Assembly: GCA_950097015.1 (NCBI GenBank) | Contig: CATNEN010000038.1 | Span: 13,082,001 to 13,146,000 of the forward strand | DNA length: 64,000 bases | Direction: 5' to 3' | Origin: Macrostomum hystrix | Taxonomy: Eukaryota; Animalia; Platyhelminthes | In this document: positions 60,190 to 64,000 of the stretch, one piece after another | Numbering within the stretch: the first letter of the stretch is position 1 | Layout: each line of letters opens with the position of its first letter | The notes under the pieces: model-generated | Told to the model about the DNA's origin: nothing | Database searches by the model: none | What the model saw: the letters and a program-made list of their open reading frames with translations, nothing else | Position numbers and translations under genes: made by a program

Positions 60190-61459
60190 GTTTGTTGGCA
60201 GGCCTAAACTAAAAAATCAAATTGCATAAAAAACAATAGTAAAACAAAGATAAAAACTTTTTGACAGATAAGCCGGTCCTCAAAGCAGAATTTTGCTCAT
60301 ATACGAGTTGGATAAATTTCTCGTGTGCCGCTGCTCAGTAACCAATAGAAGATTAGATTTATCATTATAAAATTCGAAGATCTTTTGATACGTAGGCCTT
60401 TTAAGAACCTACTTCTCATTATGCACACTATCTTTGCATGACCCGAGTTCAATTTTTGGAAAAACCACTTGGACTTTCTTAAAAATATCTGAATATAGCT
60501 TGTTTAGAAATATCTAAATGTGCCATCTGTATTGTAATCAGAATTAAATAAATAAGCCGTTGTACTTAGCCCTCCACTTGGACACAGTGAAGAGTGCGAA
60601 CATTGGAATTAGAACGCAAACGGGAATATTTAAAATGATATATTTTTATATCGGACGGTAAGCTTAACAGCAATAAATCAGTAAGTTCAAAAAGATTTAT
60701 AAGCGTAATAATTTCCTATTTCGGTACTAACGCTCTTGCACAAAAACACATAGAAAAAATGCACCCGTGCAAATAGTTTTTAATTTAGTGTAAATGACGA
60801 TACCCTTGATAAGTTTAGTACATATTTTTTAGTACATACCCTAGCACATATTTTTTAATTGGACAGAAGTTGCGTATTTTTGTAGCACTCCAGCTTTTCA
60901 TTTTAGCAATTATGCTTAGCATTTTGGGCCTCCACTAAAAATTTATTTTCACAGCGCCATTACACTTAAAATGTAAACATAACGAATGGCCAATATCATG
61001 CGAGCAAATTTGAGCAGCATTTCCTAAATTAATACATTTAAAGGATAACATTTACATTTAGGAAAAATCTATATGAATTTCAAACAATGATTACTGTTAA
61101 TGACTCTAAACTAAGATAAATTTCGATTACAAGGATTTGCACGCCGTTTCAGAGTTTAGGGAGTTAAACCGTTTTTTCCTTCCTGTCCAGCCTCGCATCT
61201 TTGCGCCAAGTGACCTAATTCTTCATACATACAAAAACAGCTTTGTTCTTTAAACCAAATTTCACAGTGCATTGTAAATAAATAACCACACGGAAAATGA
61301 CATCCTATAGAAGGCAACTTTGAGGAATATCTACACCTAAAATATATTGAAAAACTAATATAAAGAAACACATACTAGACAGTCGTGCATGGTTGCAGGC
61401 AGGGTAAGCAAATTTTTAGAGAACACAGTGACAGCCATATTTCCACAGCCAAATATATA

Positions 61460-61878
61460 CCCTGTAAAAAATTCGGCTGCTTCTTCGGCGGGTTTTTTGT
61501 GCAAAATAGGAGTGGAATCTACCAAAATCCCCCCTATCTCGCAAGAGTTAAAGAAACCACCCAGGAAGCAGCCGATGTAACCGCAAATTGTGCGGAAACC
61601 GCCGAAGAATCACCCGAACCAGTGGCCCATGGGACAACCAGAGAATTATTTATGGGCGATTCCTCGGCGGTTTCTGAGCATGGAATTTTCCGAACTGGAG
61701 GATTCTTTGGGTGATTCCATTTCGCCACCAAGAAGCACCGAGAAAACGCCCAGTTGGGTATATTCTAAGCATGGAATCATCCGATTGGTATGTTTCCAGC
61801 GTTCGGCTGTTTCTTTTTCTGGAAACACCGCAGATTCCAACTGGAATCACCCAAAGAAACATCCCTATTTTTAGCGGG
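61460..61878. mobile_element. MITE/foldback element with CCC...GGG ends and internal inverted GGAATCACCC-type repeats
   Basis: Imperfect TIR CCCTGTAAAAAAT / ATTTTTAGCGGG flanked by TA; repeated motifs in both orientations. Confidence 0.65.
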
Positions 61879-62527
61879 TATTTAATCTATTCAGCAGAGT
61901 AGATTACAGAGAACTGTAAAAACGGTGGGAGCAAACAATGGCACTATGGAACAAGATTTCAGATCAGCTTGGAATTCAAAACTCCAGGATTATTCAGCAG
62001 CACTAGGCGACGTTGTGGACGACGCAACAGTTGAGATGCAACTGTTGCATCTCACAGTTAGTGGGTTTCTACAGCAAATTTATTTTACCGGAATCAAAAA
62101 GTTTAATGGTTGCAACAGGAAGCACGGTTTAGGCGTTTATGAGTAAATGGAGCGTTATTTGACATTTTATATAGATTACAAAAATTATTGTTTATAGATA
62201 GCTAGCTGTTTCTTAGCATACAAAACATACAAAACATAACAAAACATCTAAACAAAACATACGCTCGTACTTTTAAAACTGATTAAAGGAATGAAGAAGG
62301 AATGGAAAGGAAGGAGAAATGTTTCAGAGGCAATCTTGACAGATGTAAAATACATTTAATTGCTGATCTGTGGTTTTCACCGTTATTTGTTCATAAAAAG
62401 CTTGTTCGGATGGTCAATGGTTCAGAATATTTGAATATTTTCACTTTTCCGGAGGCCAGTGATAATTTATATTCAATTTAATTACATTTTGATCAATAAG
62501 AGCTAATTAGCCCACGAACCGGCCTAG

Positions 62528-63423
62528 TTAACTCGTACTGAGGGCGTCAATTATGAGATTGACCAGTTGAAAGCGCGACCTTCTCGGCTGCTCAGAGGCA
62601 CACTCGGTCAGCTCAGCCAGGTCCTGGTCAAGCAGCAGGCTGAGCCGCAGCATGCGACAGGCGCGCAGCAGGTTCCAATCAGACTGGCGGTGGCTGCAGA
62701 CCGCCTTGAACTCAGTCTCGCTACCGCTGCCGTCAGCCACGTGATGTTGCCTGTTGGCATCCCCTCCCAAATTCAGGGCATCGACTGCTGTAACATTTGA
62801 CAGGTCAACCAAGGTCACGGTTTGCGTATTCGGATACACAGCGAAGTTTGCTAAATCCCAGTCATTGAGGTAGAGTGCGAATCCGGTGTCACTGGAGGTG
62901 AGCTTGACGGCCAGCTGCAGAATTCGCATAGACAAAAGCTGACGTTCAGCCAATGGTGACGTCAAATAGTCAGTGGCAGGCTTGCCTCTGTGAGGGGAGG
63001 TCAGTTTGGGTCGGTTTTAGTTGCATCAATTCACAATGTCAACTTTTCGAGTCCAGTCATTGACATTGAAATTGACATCCGACGATAAAAAAACAATTAG
63101 ATCTCAGATGCTATCATGTATTCAACAAGAGCACATGCCTGTGACCAAAGCAACATAAATTTGCATAACATTAGGTAACAATTAGTAAGAATGAAAAATC
63201 ACACCTGTGCTCTACAACAATAAAGCGGCCGCAAGCGCCGTGATATTGCGGGAACGGCCATCCCCGCTCGCTGCTAAAAGTCATAAGTAGCAGGGGCTCA
63301 GGATTGACTAGAGCAGTGAACAAAAGTGACATTTCTTCATTGCGCAGAAGGCGTCTGGGCTTCTCGGGATCCCGCAGGCGAAACGCTTCTTTCACAGTGT
63401 CTAGTAGGCGTTGACTTGGGCAA
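62528..63423 (-). CDS. DIPK2A: Divergent protein kinase domain 2A (C3orf58/DIA1)-like, last two exons 63423-63205 and 62987-62528; upstream exons lie beyond the window
   Basis: NPEPLLLMTFSSERGWPFPQYHGACGR and FALYLNDWDLANFAV are characteristic of the family; phase-2 junction is compatible. Confidence 0.85.
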
Positions 63424-63534
63424 CTGAAAATTTTAAGAAATTGTGGTAAGTCCACTGAATAAGTCTAAATAGTCTACATAATTAACATTGAGTCCTAGTA
63501 AATATTTTCAAGTTGGAATTTAAATAAGGATAAT

Positions 63535-63922
63535 CGCTGGTCAGTGGCGCTGGTCAGTGGCGCTGGTCAGTGGCAGAGCGCTTAACACGTTTGCTTCTCC
63601 TGAGCTCGATTCCGCATTCATTCAGGGCGCAGTCACGGAGAGAAAGCTTAAAGGCTTGTCGTGTACTCGTATTCGTACACACATTAGGGCCACCCTTCAA
63701 GGTGCCATAAGGCACTGTGATGAGGTACACTGCCTGACGATGAGAAAGTCAGGGCAGATATCAACACTTGTGTGTGTGTGCCTGCGTACAGTATCAGTGG
63801 TGCGCGCTCAGGAGTGAGCGAAATGGGCAGAATTGCCTTCTCGCTGGCTGCGGGTCTAGTGTCACCAAATGATGTGCTATTGCCTGCAGCCCTCCTGCAA
63901 CTATTACTATGATTATTATGAT
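63535..63922 (+). mobile_element. tRNA-derived SINE, copy D (5' end with a triplicated 12-mer)
   Basis: Same body and 3' end as copies A and C; CGCTGGTCAGTGG repeated three times at the head; TATGAT-type tail. Confidence 0.88.
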
Positions 63923-64000
63923 GAATTAGAGTATTGGAAAATGATTATGGAAAAAGAAAAGGGAAAAGGGCTTAGCCATAAGGTCATTTAGAGCGAACTA

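Overview
Eukaryotic (animal) genomic DNA with GT-AG introns and a dense, partly nested transposon load. The style suggests a lophotrochozoan such as a free-living flatworm (e.g. Macrostomum), but that is inference only. Nine protein-coding genes were reconstructed by hand. On the minus strand are an intronless nAChR-like Cys-loop subunit and seven consecutive genes: DIPK2A-like (5' part outside the window), IMMP1L, a two-domain CAP/GAPR-1-like gene, GTF2E2, RAB3, TRMT11 and a 12-exon CABLES. On the plus strand is a 3-exon neuromedin-U/PRXamide-type GPCR. Mobile elements: two IS630/Tc1-type DD33E transposons, a Harbinger derivative, several MITEs, two decayed Ty3/gypsy-like elements, a solo LTR, LINE fragments and four copies of a tRNA-derived SINE. 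Most notable: (1) one ~30-nt RNA stem-loop with compensatory base changes is shared by the SINE, the 3' UTR of an RNase H-bearing LINE and a 56-bp mini-insertion, suggesting a SINE-LINE partnership with a defined cis element; (2) a sharply bounded ~4.5-kb CpG-depleted domain; (3) a candidate trans-spliced or operon-like gene run; (4) a receptor subunit lacking acetylcholine-binding residues and with an atypical pore. Coordinates and counts are manual readings; no database searches were run.
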